Positions 37,201 to 49,200 of a stretch of DNA of 64,000 nt are shown here, piece after piece. The first letter of the stretch is position 1, and each line of letters begins with the position of its first letter. The notes under the pieces are model-generated. The model saw only the letters and a program-made list of their open reading frames with translations, made no database searches and was not told the DNA's origin. Made by a program: the position numbers and the translations under genes. This stretch comes from Ginglymostoma cirratum (taxonomy: Eukaryota), in assembly GCA_024137785.1 (NCBI GenBank), contig JAHRHZ010000145.1, positions 20,916,498 to 20,980,497 of the forward strand, given 5' to 3'.

Positions 37201-40200
37201 AAGTTACATGTGATTTAAAAAAAAACTAACTCGCATTCCTTGAGGAGGGTTGGAATTTCTTTCCATGGAGTGAAATGCAAACTTGGAAAGATCATTAACC
37301 TACCCACAAGCTGCAAGGGTCAATGTCTGGCTTTTTTGAATGGCTGCCTTCTGTAAACCATTCAAACACTCTCTTTGGAAATGTTTCTTCACAGTAAACT
37401 TTGAGCTTTGGAGCATGCCGGTTAGATCTGCCTTTTCTAGTAATACTGATATACTACAGTACAATAAGAGAATTCATCCCTGCTGTAAACTGAATTTTGT
37501 AATGTCAAATACATTAAATGACTCAAGTGAAATGGTGACTGTTAATTTCACAACTTGAATTTGAATATTTAAAGATGTGCAATAAGTTCATAAACTATCA
37601 TTGTGGAGTATTACAAATTAAAACACATCATTTGACTGTGAATCAGTGTTGGTTTCCTCCCCCTTCCCAAGTTAAATAAGAGTTTGATTTGCAGAAATCC
37701 ATTTTTAATAATCCCAAAACATTCTATACATTTTAAAAACAAGAGGACAACTAGGGAGATGGTAGGACCACTCCAGGGATAAGAGGGAACTTATGCTTGG
37801 AGGCAGAGTATGTGGGCGAGACACTAAATGAGTACTTTGTGTTGGTAATCACCCAGAAGAAGGAAAATAGAAGGAAATGAGATTAGTGTGGAGCATGCTA
37901 ATGTGATATGGCATTTTGAGATCAAGAAAGAAGTGTTGTTGGGTCTCTTGTAGAGCACTTGGGTGGATAAATTGCTGGGGCCTTGATCAAGATCTTTGTA
38001 TCCTTGTTAGCCACTAGAGAGGTCCTGGAGGGCTGGTGAGTTGTTAATGTTGTTCCTCTGTTCAAGCAGCGAAATGAGGATAATCCTGGGAACTATAGAC
38101 CAGTGAGTGTCTCAACAGTGGTTGAGAAGCTACTGGAGGGAATTATTAGGGATAGGATTTACACGCATTTGGAAGAGCATGGCCTAATTAGGTATAGTCA
38201 GCATTGCTTTCTGTGGGGCATGTCTTACTGATTGAATTTTCTAAGCAGGTGACAAAGGTGATTGAGGGTAGAACAGTAGATGTTGTCTATATGGATTTTA
38301 GAAGGGGTTTTGACAAGGTCCCTCCATGTTAGACTCATCCAGAAGATTAAGATGCATGGGATCCATGGTGACTTGGCTGCATGGATTCAGAATTGGCTTG
38401 CCTGTAGAAGGAAGAGGGTAGGGATGGAAGGGTGATTTATTTTTTTTAAATATTTCTGGCTGGAGGTCTGTGACTTGTGGCATTCTGCACAAGTCCATAG
38501 GACCTCTGCTGTTTGTGATATATGTAAATGACTTAGAGGAAAATTATAGATGGCGAATTAGTAAGCTTATAGATGAAACAAAGGTTGGAGTTGTGGATAG
38601 TATAGAAGGTTGTCAAAGGATATGACCGGATATAGATCAGTTGCAGATATGGGCAGAGAAATGGCAGATGGAGTTTAATCTGGGCAAGTGTGAGATGCTG
38701 CATGTTGAGAGATCAAATGTTAAGGAAAAATATACAGTTAATCGCAGGGCTCTGAACAGAACTCTGATGTACAGAGGAATCTTGGGGTTCAAGTACAAAG
38801 CTCCCTGAAAGTGCCACGCAAGTAGATAGGCTGCTAATGAAGGCATATGGCATGTTTGCCTTTGGTTGGGGTCTGGAGTACAAGAGGCAGCATGTCATGT
38901 TGCAGCTTTATAAGACTTTGGTTAGGCCACACTTTGAGTACTACATTCAGTTCTCATCACCACATTACAGGAAGGATGTGGAGGCTTTTGGAGAGGGTGC
39001 AGAAGAGGTTTATGACGATGCTTGGATTGGAGGGTATGAGCTATAACGAGTGGCTGGAAAAACTCTGGTTGTTTTCTCTGGAGTAACAGAGGCTGAAGGA
39101 AGACTTGATAGAAGTCAATAAAATGGAGATGCATAGCCAGGGTTGACAGTCTTTTTCCCAGAGGTGAAATGCCTAATACTAAGGGGCGTGTATTTAGGGT
39201 GAGAGGGGGTAAGTTCAAAGGAGATGTGAGGAGCAAGCTTTTTTGAGTGGTAGGAGTCTGGAACGTGCTGCCAGGGTTGGTGGTGGAAGCAGATACGATA
39301 GGGACGTTTAAGGAGCTTTGAGATAAGCACGTGAATATCCAAGGAATGGAGGGATATAGACCAGGGGCGGGCAGAAGAGATTAGTTTAATTTGGTGTCGT
39401 GATTGGCACAACATCATGGGCTGAAGTGCCTGTTCCTATGTTCTGTTTTCCAAATCCCACAAAGACCATTCAAAAACCCTTTCGCATGTAAATAAGGTGG
39501 ATATGTTTACCGTCCAGTGTAGCAACACCCACCTGAAGAAAACAGGATAATTGTGGATGTTCTTCAATATCCGCACTCTACTCAATGCATCTACACCATT
39601 GTCTATCTTAGTGTTGCATCTGTCATTTCCCACAGCTAGAGTTACAATGTGAACCTATTTTATTTCAGTGGTATTTCACGGACCTCCTCCAGCAAAGATC
39701 AAGCGAGAATCTCACAGCCCGAATACGGATGTGTCCTGCCGTCATAAGCAGAGTCTCAATTCTGGCTATGGAGAAAACTGCCTCTACAGTTATAGGTACT
39801 ACAGTGGGTTATTCTTAGACTTGGGGAAATTTTCAACTCTGCTTCTTTTTTGTTTTGGCCTCCATGGCAACAATTATTTCATTGGCTATGAAGAATTTTA
39901 GGAAGTTGAGGTCATCAAAGATGAGTTATACAAGTACAATTTCTCATGTTTTTAAACAAAAAAAATTTTTTGTTTGTTTCTCTTTTTAGTCCTATCAGCC
40001 TTTACTACTTCACTTCCTGTCATTTTGTGACTTGGCACACTAAGTGTTCTTGGTGCTGCAGTAACTCTAGCCAAGTCCACCCTCTTTGCACTACTCTTTT
40101 ACTTAACGTTTTATTTTTGTATTTTTCCCAATGGTGAGGGTTTTTTTATTAGCAACTGATAAAAATCATACTTATCTCACATGATTCAAGCTCAAACCTG

Positions 40201-43200
40201 CCAAACATTCTGCTTTTGAGGCAAGTACTCAGCTATCAAGTGAACATCCCTAATGGCTATTTATTCTGGTCCAGTGTTTGTACAGTTTTTATTTCTTGTG
40301 GTTTTTATATTGTGCTTTGATAGCTACGTATTTTAGTACAGAGTACAGGTGGTTGCACTTCAGTTCGGAGTTAAGTCTTTAGGCAGACTAAGCGTAAACT
40401 ATTGTCCCATATAATGTAATGCTAACGTAAGATCATAAGACATCGGGGCAGAAGTAGGCCATTCGTCCCATTGAGTATGCACAGCCATTCAATGTAATCA
40501 TGGCTGAACTGATAATCCTCAACACCACTTTCCTGCCTTTTACCCCATAACCCATAATTCTTTTCCTGACTGAAAATCTGTTTGTCTCCACCTTGAATAT
40601 ACTAGCATAACAAAATGCTGGGTTGTAAAATAGACTATAATGATTTTCAGCATGGGAAGAAACATACTGTAGAAAGATGATGAGATAAAAGGTACTGCAG
40701 ATGCTGGAGAATCCGAGATAACAAGCATGGGGCTGGATGAACACAGCAGGTCAAGCAGCATCATAGGAGCAGGAAAACTTGACGTTTCGGGCCTAAACCC
40801 TTCATCAGAAATGGGGGAGGGGAAGAGGGTTCTGAAATAAATAGGGGGAGGCAGATAGAAGATGGATAGAGGAGAGGATAGGTGGAGNNNNNNNNNNNNN
40901 NNNNNNNNNNNNNNNNNNNNNNNNNNNNNNNNNNNNNNNNNNNNNNNNNNNNNNNNNNNNNNNNNNNNNNNNNNNNNNNNNNNNNNNNNNNNNNNNNNNN
41001 NNNNNNNNNNNNNNNNNNNNNNNNNNNNNNNNNNNNNNNNNNNNNNNNNNNNNNNNNNNNNNNNNNNNNNNNNNNNNNNNNNNNNNNNNNNNNNNNNNNN
41101 NNNNNNNNNNNNNNNNNNNNNNNNNNNNNNNNNNNNNNNNNNNNNNNNNNNNNNNNNNNNNNNNNNNNNNNNNNNNNNNNNNNNNNNNNNNNNNNNNNNN
41201 NNNNNNNNNNNNNNNNNNNNNNNNNNNNNNNNNNNNNNNNNNNNNNNNNNNNNNNNNNNNNNNNNNNNNNNNNNNNNNNNNNNNNNNCCCCCTCTCTCCC
41301 TATTTATTTCAGAACCCTCTTCCCCTCCCCCATTTCTGATGAAGGGTTTAGGCCCGAAACGTCAAGTTTTCCTGCTCCTATGATGCTGCTTGACCTGCTG
41401 TGTTCATCCAGCCCCATGCTTGTTATCTATGTAGAAAGATGATGATGATGGGCTGGTTGTATATACTAAATTACATAAATTAATCCAACCTACTTTATTT
41501 TGGATATAGGCCAATTTTGCAATGCAGTTCTGTGCTCTGCAAGACACATCTTGCATGGAAAAATAATTAAGGATTGCTTGCTTGCTGAAAGCCGTTGAAA
41601 GTGTTATAGAAATATGTTGTTAGGGTGGTGAGGGACTGAGCTCTTTAAGAACCAGGTGGGTTTCAGATTTAACCCTCGGTTTATCTTGGTTGCTGTTTTC
41701 TCTCTTTTTTTTTCCAAGCTGCATGTGCGATGAGGATAGAATAATTTTCCCAAGTAGTCCTAGTTTAGAAAGGAGAGCTATTGCTGTGACTTGGTAGAAA
41801 GTGAACCTAATCAGGCCTGAAGTAGCTTCCTGTGTGATGCCCTTCACAATCCTAAGGCCTGATTGTAATTGCTGTTTAGGATCAGAAGCTAATGCTTTGT
41901 TTATGTGAAGAATGTGAGTCATGAAATGTTGGTAAAGCAATTCTGACTTGGGAAATGGGGCCCGATAGTGAATGTGCAGCAATCCTTTCCTTTTAATAAA
42001 CTTGATAATATTTGGGCTATCATCAAAGATGATGCAAGCATCTGTATGGGACACATGCACACCCTTGTATATAAAGAGCTGTTAATTGTAACAGATTTTA
42101 TGGTAAAGAGTCTTTAGTGTAAGAGTTAAAGAGTCTTTACACCTCCACTGTTCACCAATGCTAACCTGAAAGATGTGCCAAGCTAGCAAGGTATCTAACG
42201 TTTTGTCCTTTCTTTCTTCCCTATTTGCAGTGCCTATGACAGGAAGCCCCCTGCTGGGTTCAAGCCATTAACTCCTCCAGCGACCCCTGTGTCTCCAGTT
42301 CATCAGAACTCCCCTCTTTCACACCTTCCATCTGCAGCAGTGCCAGTTTCAGCCCGTGGCCCAACGTCCGTTCCAGTTCAGGCTGCAGTTCCTGCATCAG
42401 CACAGCAGGAACAGCAAACCTTTGCAGTACCTCGACCTCCCCAGCCCCCTCTTCAGATGTCACAGAACCTGACTGAATCCCAGTATGCACCAGAGCACAG
42501 GTATGGATATGATTGACTGTCCCCACTGACTGTTGTGGTGGGCTCGCTTTATTGTTTGTAGGTGCTAGATGAGGGAAGACTTCCAGTTTGTGCGGAAATG
42601 CACATTTGTGGCCCCAGTTCCTGAACACTTTTTTTTTGACACCCTTGGATCTGTGCGTGTTGTAAAACAAAATCGATTTCAAAAGGTTTGGTTGCTGGTC
42701 TGGGCTGTATTCTGTGATCTCTGCCAGGATTATCGGAGAAATGTCCCGGATAATTGTGGTTTCTCCATGATGCCACCCCCCACCCCCCACCCCAAAGATC
42801 ACTCAAACCAGGGAATGGAGGAATTGGTCAAGATTTGCTGTGCTGACCGTTGCTAAGCAAACCCTTGCTGGAAAACTTGTATACTGTGAGGACAGTCTCT
42901 CATTCAGCTGTGATGGCCCCTGTGGTGGCATGGCTTGCTCGAACTGACGTTCTGGGGAGTCTTAGCAGCTCAAGTGAGGGGAGGGCAAGCGACATCTGTG
43001 TGTGAGGCATTACGTTCAATGGAGAGGCAAGAGCAAGCAATTGAGGGATTGGGTGGTGGGAAGAGAACGTTTTCATCAAAAAAGCTGAATTTTCGGTGCA
43101 CTTTGCACCACTTTAATCTTGCATTATGAATGAGTGAGGAAAATCTATTTCCCCAAGGTACTGCTTGTCCAATTATTAGATGTTCTACATCTTTAGCCTC

Positions 43201-46200
43201 TCAAAATAACAATTTGGATGTTGTGCTTAAAATGCCACAATCGCTAACTGGATGAACTGTCAGCAAAAATAGAATCCAGCTGAATCCACAGGGTGCTCTC
43301 TTGGCTAAACAAAGGAGAAGGAATTTTATTCCTAAGGTCAGATCCTTTATATCCCTATGCACAAATGGGGTTTTACTGGAGTTATTTTGGGTGCATTGGC
43401 TGAATAAAAAGCCCATTAACGTTATTGAGCTCTTGAAGGAGTGCAGAAAGAATATGGTATTTTGAGCAGCGGCAGCTCCCGAGATGGCACTTGCTTCCGT
43501 GGCAGCTTTTGCTTCCCACAACTCTTGGCTTTCATTGCTGCCAAGTGGCATGCACGGGATGCTGGCTCAGGACCATCTGGAAGCGTTTGTTCCGATAGAG
43601 ACATACCAGTGGAGCTATGGATTTCAGCTTGGCAGACAGCTTGATACGAAGTGGAAATGGGACTAATCCGACTGCAGTCAGCTGTGAAGGATCATCTTAC
43701 GTGGAAAGTGGTGCTGGAGATCTAGCTGATGTGTGGATCACCTTTTCGAGGTGCTAAAGGATTCTCGAGTGGCATGGTTTGGCAAGTGCTGCCTTGCCCA
43801 CCAAGGTGGAAGTAGTTGAGACCAGATAGGCTTGTCTTTAACTTGAAAGTACTATTCAATGGTGATACAATAAACCCTGGATTGCTCTGAACAGAATATA
43901 CGGATGTTCATTGAGATTCTAGTTAATACATGGCCTGTTAGCAATTTAAACGCTTCATTTCAAAATATATATTCAGTCCACTCCCATTATTTAATGGGAC
44001 ATGTGTTATACGGTCTGCGTAACCAGGCACACACTATAGTTTAAAGACAGTTTGTACGTTTAGGCTTTCAAATTAAATCCTTTGTTTATGAGTGCGTACA
44101 CGTGATGTAGAAAACTCTTAGCTATTTGTAATGCTTCATAATCTGCCTCATGAGTCTAGTGTTCAAGCAACATGCATTTTTGCCAAATTACGACCTAACC
44201 GGTAATTTGAACAACAATCCATAACTGTGGAGAATAGAATGGTCAGATTTTTTTTAGAAGTTGCGCAGAAGACCTTTACTTAACCTCTGCCTATTTAAGC
44301 AGGTGGAAGGAGCCTTTATATTCCATTGTGCTATGTTTTGAGAGGTGACTGCTGACTTTGTTTTATTGCCAAAGGTTCCACCGGCAGATGTCCGAGCCAT
44401 GCCACCCGTACCCACCCCAGACAGGAATCCCCAGCGACAGTCGGCAAGTTTATCAGCGGCAGATGTCAGAACCGATGCCTTCACCATCTCCTCAGGGCTT
44501 CAAGCAGGAATACCATGACTCTCGTTACGAGCACATCACTACAGGCGTCAGTGGTCCCAGTGGACAGAATTTCCAAGCCCCCCTCGGAATTAAACAGGAG
44601 CCGAGAGACTACTGCTATGACTCAGGTTGGTCCTCTAGCAGGGCCTGCTGCGGAGCCCTTTTTAGGTTGTGTTGATGTTTCAGTAGGTGTAAAATGCAAT
44701 CCTTTCCTAACTGTCAAACGATGAGTTGTTGGTAGTATGAAAGGATTAATCTGGACCTTCTTCCTTCCCTTGGGTGTTCTGCATCACTTTTTATTATCTT
44801 TGCCATCAGCAAGCTGGGAGATTTGTTACCACGGTGATAGGTCTTAGCTGGTATTTCACACACTTACTTCATGGAGGTTGCTTGACAGAAGTAGCTGGTC
44901 ACATTCTGCAAAGTGACCTTTCGTTAATGTCAACCTTGGGAGGGACAAGACCACAAAACCCAAATTTGGAAATAATTCTCTGCTGGTAGTAAATGGAAGT
45001 GTGTTAGGGGCAAGATCCTTTCTATTCTATATCCTCTTTTTGGCTTATTTTTAAAAGAAAAGAGCTTTAACCATTTGATATTTAAAGGATCAAACTGTTT
45101 TATGTAGTTTGCAAAATGGTTTCCTCAAGGGTGTTATTAATTTGATGCTCTGTGATGCGACTGAATTCTCCTAATCAGCTTATGCCTAAAAATACCATAA
45201 CCTATAAGAGGCTGTGAGCAGTGATCTACAGTAAAACTGAGCAGATGCTAAAGATTTAAAGCTAAAGGACAACATCTAATGGTATCCAAGGATTTAAGAG
45301 AACAATTTTTTTAACATAGGTCATGGTTTCTTTCTGTTTGTTTGTTTCGTATTTCGCATTGATTACACAAACATGCTATTGATGTGTTGTCAAATTTTTT
45401 TTTTAAATGGGAGAGGCTGGTTTATTTCCAGAGAAATCTAATTTGCCTGGAGAACAACCAAGAAACAATTGCTTCCATTGCATGTTATGCAGCCAGTTCC
45501 ATGGAACTGACCGGCTTTGGTTGATTAGCTATTGATATGGCTAACCTAAGCTTCACATCTCGGCTGGGAGTGGGTCAAAAGAGAGAATTTATTTTTAAAA
45601 GCTAGACTCCTGTCCCTCCTGCAAGAAAAACCCTCTATTCCAAAGAAAATTTGCACTGATGCCAGTTAGCTAAAATGGTTTTCACAGAATCTGCAGTAAT
45701 TGTCTGGTTTTCCTGTTATTTTTCCGAAATGGTCAAGCATGTTGCCGAATGTATAGCGCTGAAACAAAGATTACCGTGTGGATTCACAGCCAAGTAATGA
45801 CTAACATTATTACATCTTCCCAAAAGAGTGGGCAATATAATAAAATGCACAGATCTTGCAGTACTCCTCCTCCTCCTCCAATTTCAAGCTTCTACATTTA
45901 AAATGTAAAATGCTTCATCTACAGAATACAATATGAAAAGCTAATATCAACAATATCTGAGTTTGACAGTTTGTTTTGCTTGTCTGCTGCTGTTCTATCA
46001 GAGTAATTGAGGTTATAAAAAATGTTTATCACTGACATCAGTATGTGTCTGAACAAAAATATTATTTGACAAGAAGCAGTGGAAAGAGCAACTTTTTTTT
46101 TTCTTCCTTCCAATATGTTTTTGATCAAGCCATCTGGCTTTTTCTGTGTCTGGATATCTCCTTCTATTTCCATTAGCTTGACTGTTCTCTCAACATCTGA

Positions 46201-49200
46201 CTGTCAAACCTGAAATCAGACATGAACTACCAACTCCACTTAATGTTAGAGCTGCACCTTGAGTTAGTTTTAATCAAATACTTGACTTATTACGCTCTAC
46301 CAAGGAATCTTTTAATAGCAAACTTTCCACTTCTTCTTTTTGACTTCCACTTTGATTTTTACACGGGACTGCCTGAAGAACTTGGATTATAGGAGATTCA
46401 AGGGAGGCTTTTCTCCTGTAACTAAGTTTCCAATATCACTTATCTGATTTGCTTGCCTCTTCCCCTGTAAGGTCCAGTTGGATACTTCAGGCCATTGCCT
46501 GGGTGGCATTCTTTGTATGGTTGCAGTGTCTTTGATCTGTGGGTTCACGGAAGTGCAGTTGCTTCATCACATGGAACCCACCTAAGTACACTTGACGGCA
46601 AGAGTTTCTATTCAGCAATTTACTTCACTTGCTCTGTGGGGTATTTAATGCACCCCAACGACCTGCACTGCTTTTAAGGTCAGCTAATCCCCTCATGGCA
46701 AATAGGTCACAATGGTCTCGGATTCAATGCGAATCTGGTCTGTGAGTGAACACACTTGAGGTGGACTGTATCCCCCTGTATGGCTTTATGTTCAGTTCTC
46801 CCATCTGTTTGCAGCTGAGCAAGACAACAAAATAGGGCCAAATATTTGCAATTTCAGGACCTAAGCATGGGCTTTATTTTAAAACCCCATTCCCTTCCCA
46901 TGAAGCTGAGCGACACTTGGATCATGCTTTCCTGCTCAAAGTGGTGACAGCTTGTTTTAAGATTTAAATTTTCATTTGTCTTGGAGTGTGAATTATTAAG
47001 CACTCTTGCTTTGTTTGCTGCTATGCCCAGCGATGTTCACGTGACCTTTTCAGTGGGTTGCAGTTCTTAGGTTATGTTGTCACTTAAATAAAACCCCTTT
47101 TGTTAGTTCTATTTTCCACCTATAACATCCTTTTTATTTTAAATTCTAAATCTTCCATACAGAAGTGCCTAATTGCCAATCCTCTTACATGACGGGAGGA
47201 AACTATTACACTGGTCCCAATAATCCAGAAGGTGAGTCGCACCATTTTTTATATTTGCATGTGGTTTATTATGATAAAGCATGTGTTGAAGGGTATGGAA
47301 CCTCAATTACATCCAGCTATAGTTTGTTTCAGAATAGTCGGATTTTATTGGTTGAGGTACAAGGCAGATATTCAGAATCAGTATTTTGATTCTATGCAAA
47401 ACAGCTACAGGCAGAAGATTATGTAGACAAATAGTCTGAATACAGTTTTATTGGGATTATAATAAAATATGCTGGCTGCTAGCAAACGCACAAAAAGCAC
47501 CGTTCCTTACTGTAATATCAGGAGAGGTGAGATATTGGACAGATGCAGAAATGTTATGGTGCACAAGGAGCACCCATTTTATCTGCACCAGTTCTCTTAA
47601 CAAGTGTTATGACATAGAGATGGCAGGAGAATGGCACTGTGGCATAGCCCTGCACATTGTTTCTATTCCAGTTAATGTCCAGTACCCTCTTGAATGTTTC
47701 AATCGAACCTACAAATTTGAACAAAGATTTTTTTTAAAATAAGGTTGCATATTGCAGACTAAGCAGCTAATTATTAATCCGTACACGTGTTTCAAAAGTC
47801 CTTGCTGCTGTTCCCACTCCACATCTATCCTTTTGCCACCTGTGCGACGAGAACACTATTCAAAGCATTTTGTCACACTTCAGGAAGCAGCTAGGAGGAA
47901 TTTACCAGCCCTAAATTTGACTTGTTCCTTTGCAAAGTGTTTAAAAAGTGGAAGTGTTATTTTTAACAATGTAAAATCAAGAGAGAAGAGTTCACACATC
48001 TACTTATCTGATTTGAAAAATGCAGGTTTAAAAAGTAAATCTATTTTGGAACTCTAGTTCAACTGAACCATTACCATGCTCACCTACTGAAATCTTGAGC
48101 AGCTATGGGTTTTAGCTGTATGTTCTTGTTGCTTTTTGTTATGTTTTCTGGATAACAGTGTTATCTGCTGTGGCTAATACAGCTGCTGCAGCTGCACCTC
48201 ATAACCTCTGAACAGTCTTGGTTATCTGTTTAGGAAAATGCTGGCTTAGACCAAACCTCAACTCCAGAATTGAGATGATGCAACTTGATGACATACTTTT
48301 TTAAAAAAAAATCAGGTGTTGTCCTACTTAAAGCTGAAAGGCAGCCAGGGTTTTTGGCTTGCAATGTCCGCCTTTGTTTTACTTTTCACCAGAAGTATTT
48401 TTTTTTATTTAAACAACTACCCTCTGCTTAGCATCTTTTGCTTTTTTTTCTGTCTGCTCATTCTTTTTTTCCTGTTCCCGTGTTCTCTGAAAGCAAAATC
48501 ATGAATCAACAAAATTCTTCCAATTGGGAAAAGAGAGGTTTTGTATTTCCATTGGTTACTGAGTGTAGGCCCCAAAAATGTAGCCATGTCACCATGATTT
48601 ATCTTTAGGCTGTCCAATTGAGAACGCTAAGCAACATTGAAAGTTTTATTCAAGGTTGGTAGATGGTCAAAAATAATCAAAAGAAAGTGTAACACAACAG
48701 GAGGCCAGTTAGATTGTGATCTCCGTGGCTAGATGCCAAATCAGACTAAGTAGAACAAGGGACAGAGGAGATGTAAAATTAATTGCTCAAATTTTATTTA
48801 AAGACTTTTCTGACTGTTTATTTGTGAACGTTGGCAATGCACATGTAGATGAGGCAACTGAAAATGTCTGTCTTTACATCCTTCCTAGGTTTCCCTTATG
48901 AGAAAGATCCACGACTGTACTATGATGATACATGTGTGGTACCAGACAGGATTGACCGTAAGTGATGTGTTAACTTGCAGTTCGATTCTGTTTTGGCTTT
49001 GGTTTGACAGTTTGGTCTCAAACTGAACCAGGGAAATCAAGTACACAACTGTGATTAGTTTTTATTTTATTCACTGGTGGGATGTGGGGATCATTGGCTG
49101 GGCTAGCATTTATTGCCTATCCCAAGTTGCCTTTGATAAGGTGATGATGAGCTGCTGCCTAGAACCACTGCAGCCTGTATACCATATGTAAACCCACCAG

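Larger units (their letters stand above)
40684..41429. mobile_element. Young Penelope-like insertion with inverted termini, spanning an assembly gap
   Basis: 131-bp inverted repeat 40716-40846 / 41298-41428; 16-bp direct repeat TGTAGAAAGATGATGA at 40668-40683 and 41430-41445; hammerhead core in each arm. Confidence 0.7.

Noticed and set aside
39796-39901. Open frame continuing past the weak exon-5 donor (GTACTA), which could give a truncated isoform lacking the ETS domain
   Set aside because: Short read-through frames are expected by chance; no poly(A) or expression evidence
40862-41442. Long ORFs of 173 and 186 aa in the ORF track
   Set aside because: Artefacts of reading through the N gap
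42260-42802. 180-aa minus-strand ORF (and 41620-42060)
   Set aside because: The first is antisense to ETV5 exon 6; neither has a recognisable domain or splice support
43200-43700. Apparently non-repetitive intronic block with ATTGG and CTTCCG motifs and overlapping short ORFs
   Set aside because: Could be a conserved element or internal promoter, but nothing in the sequence alone distinguishes it from background
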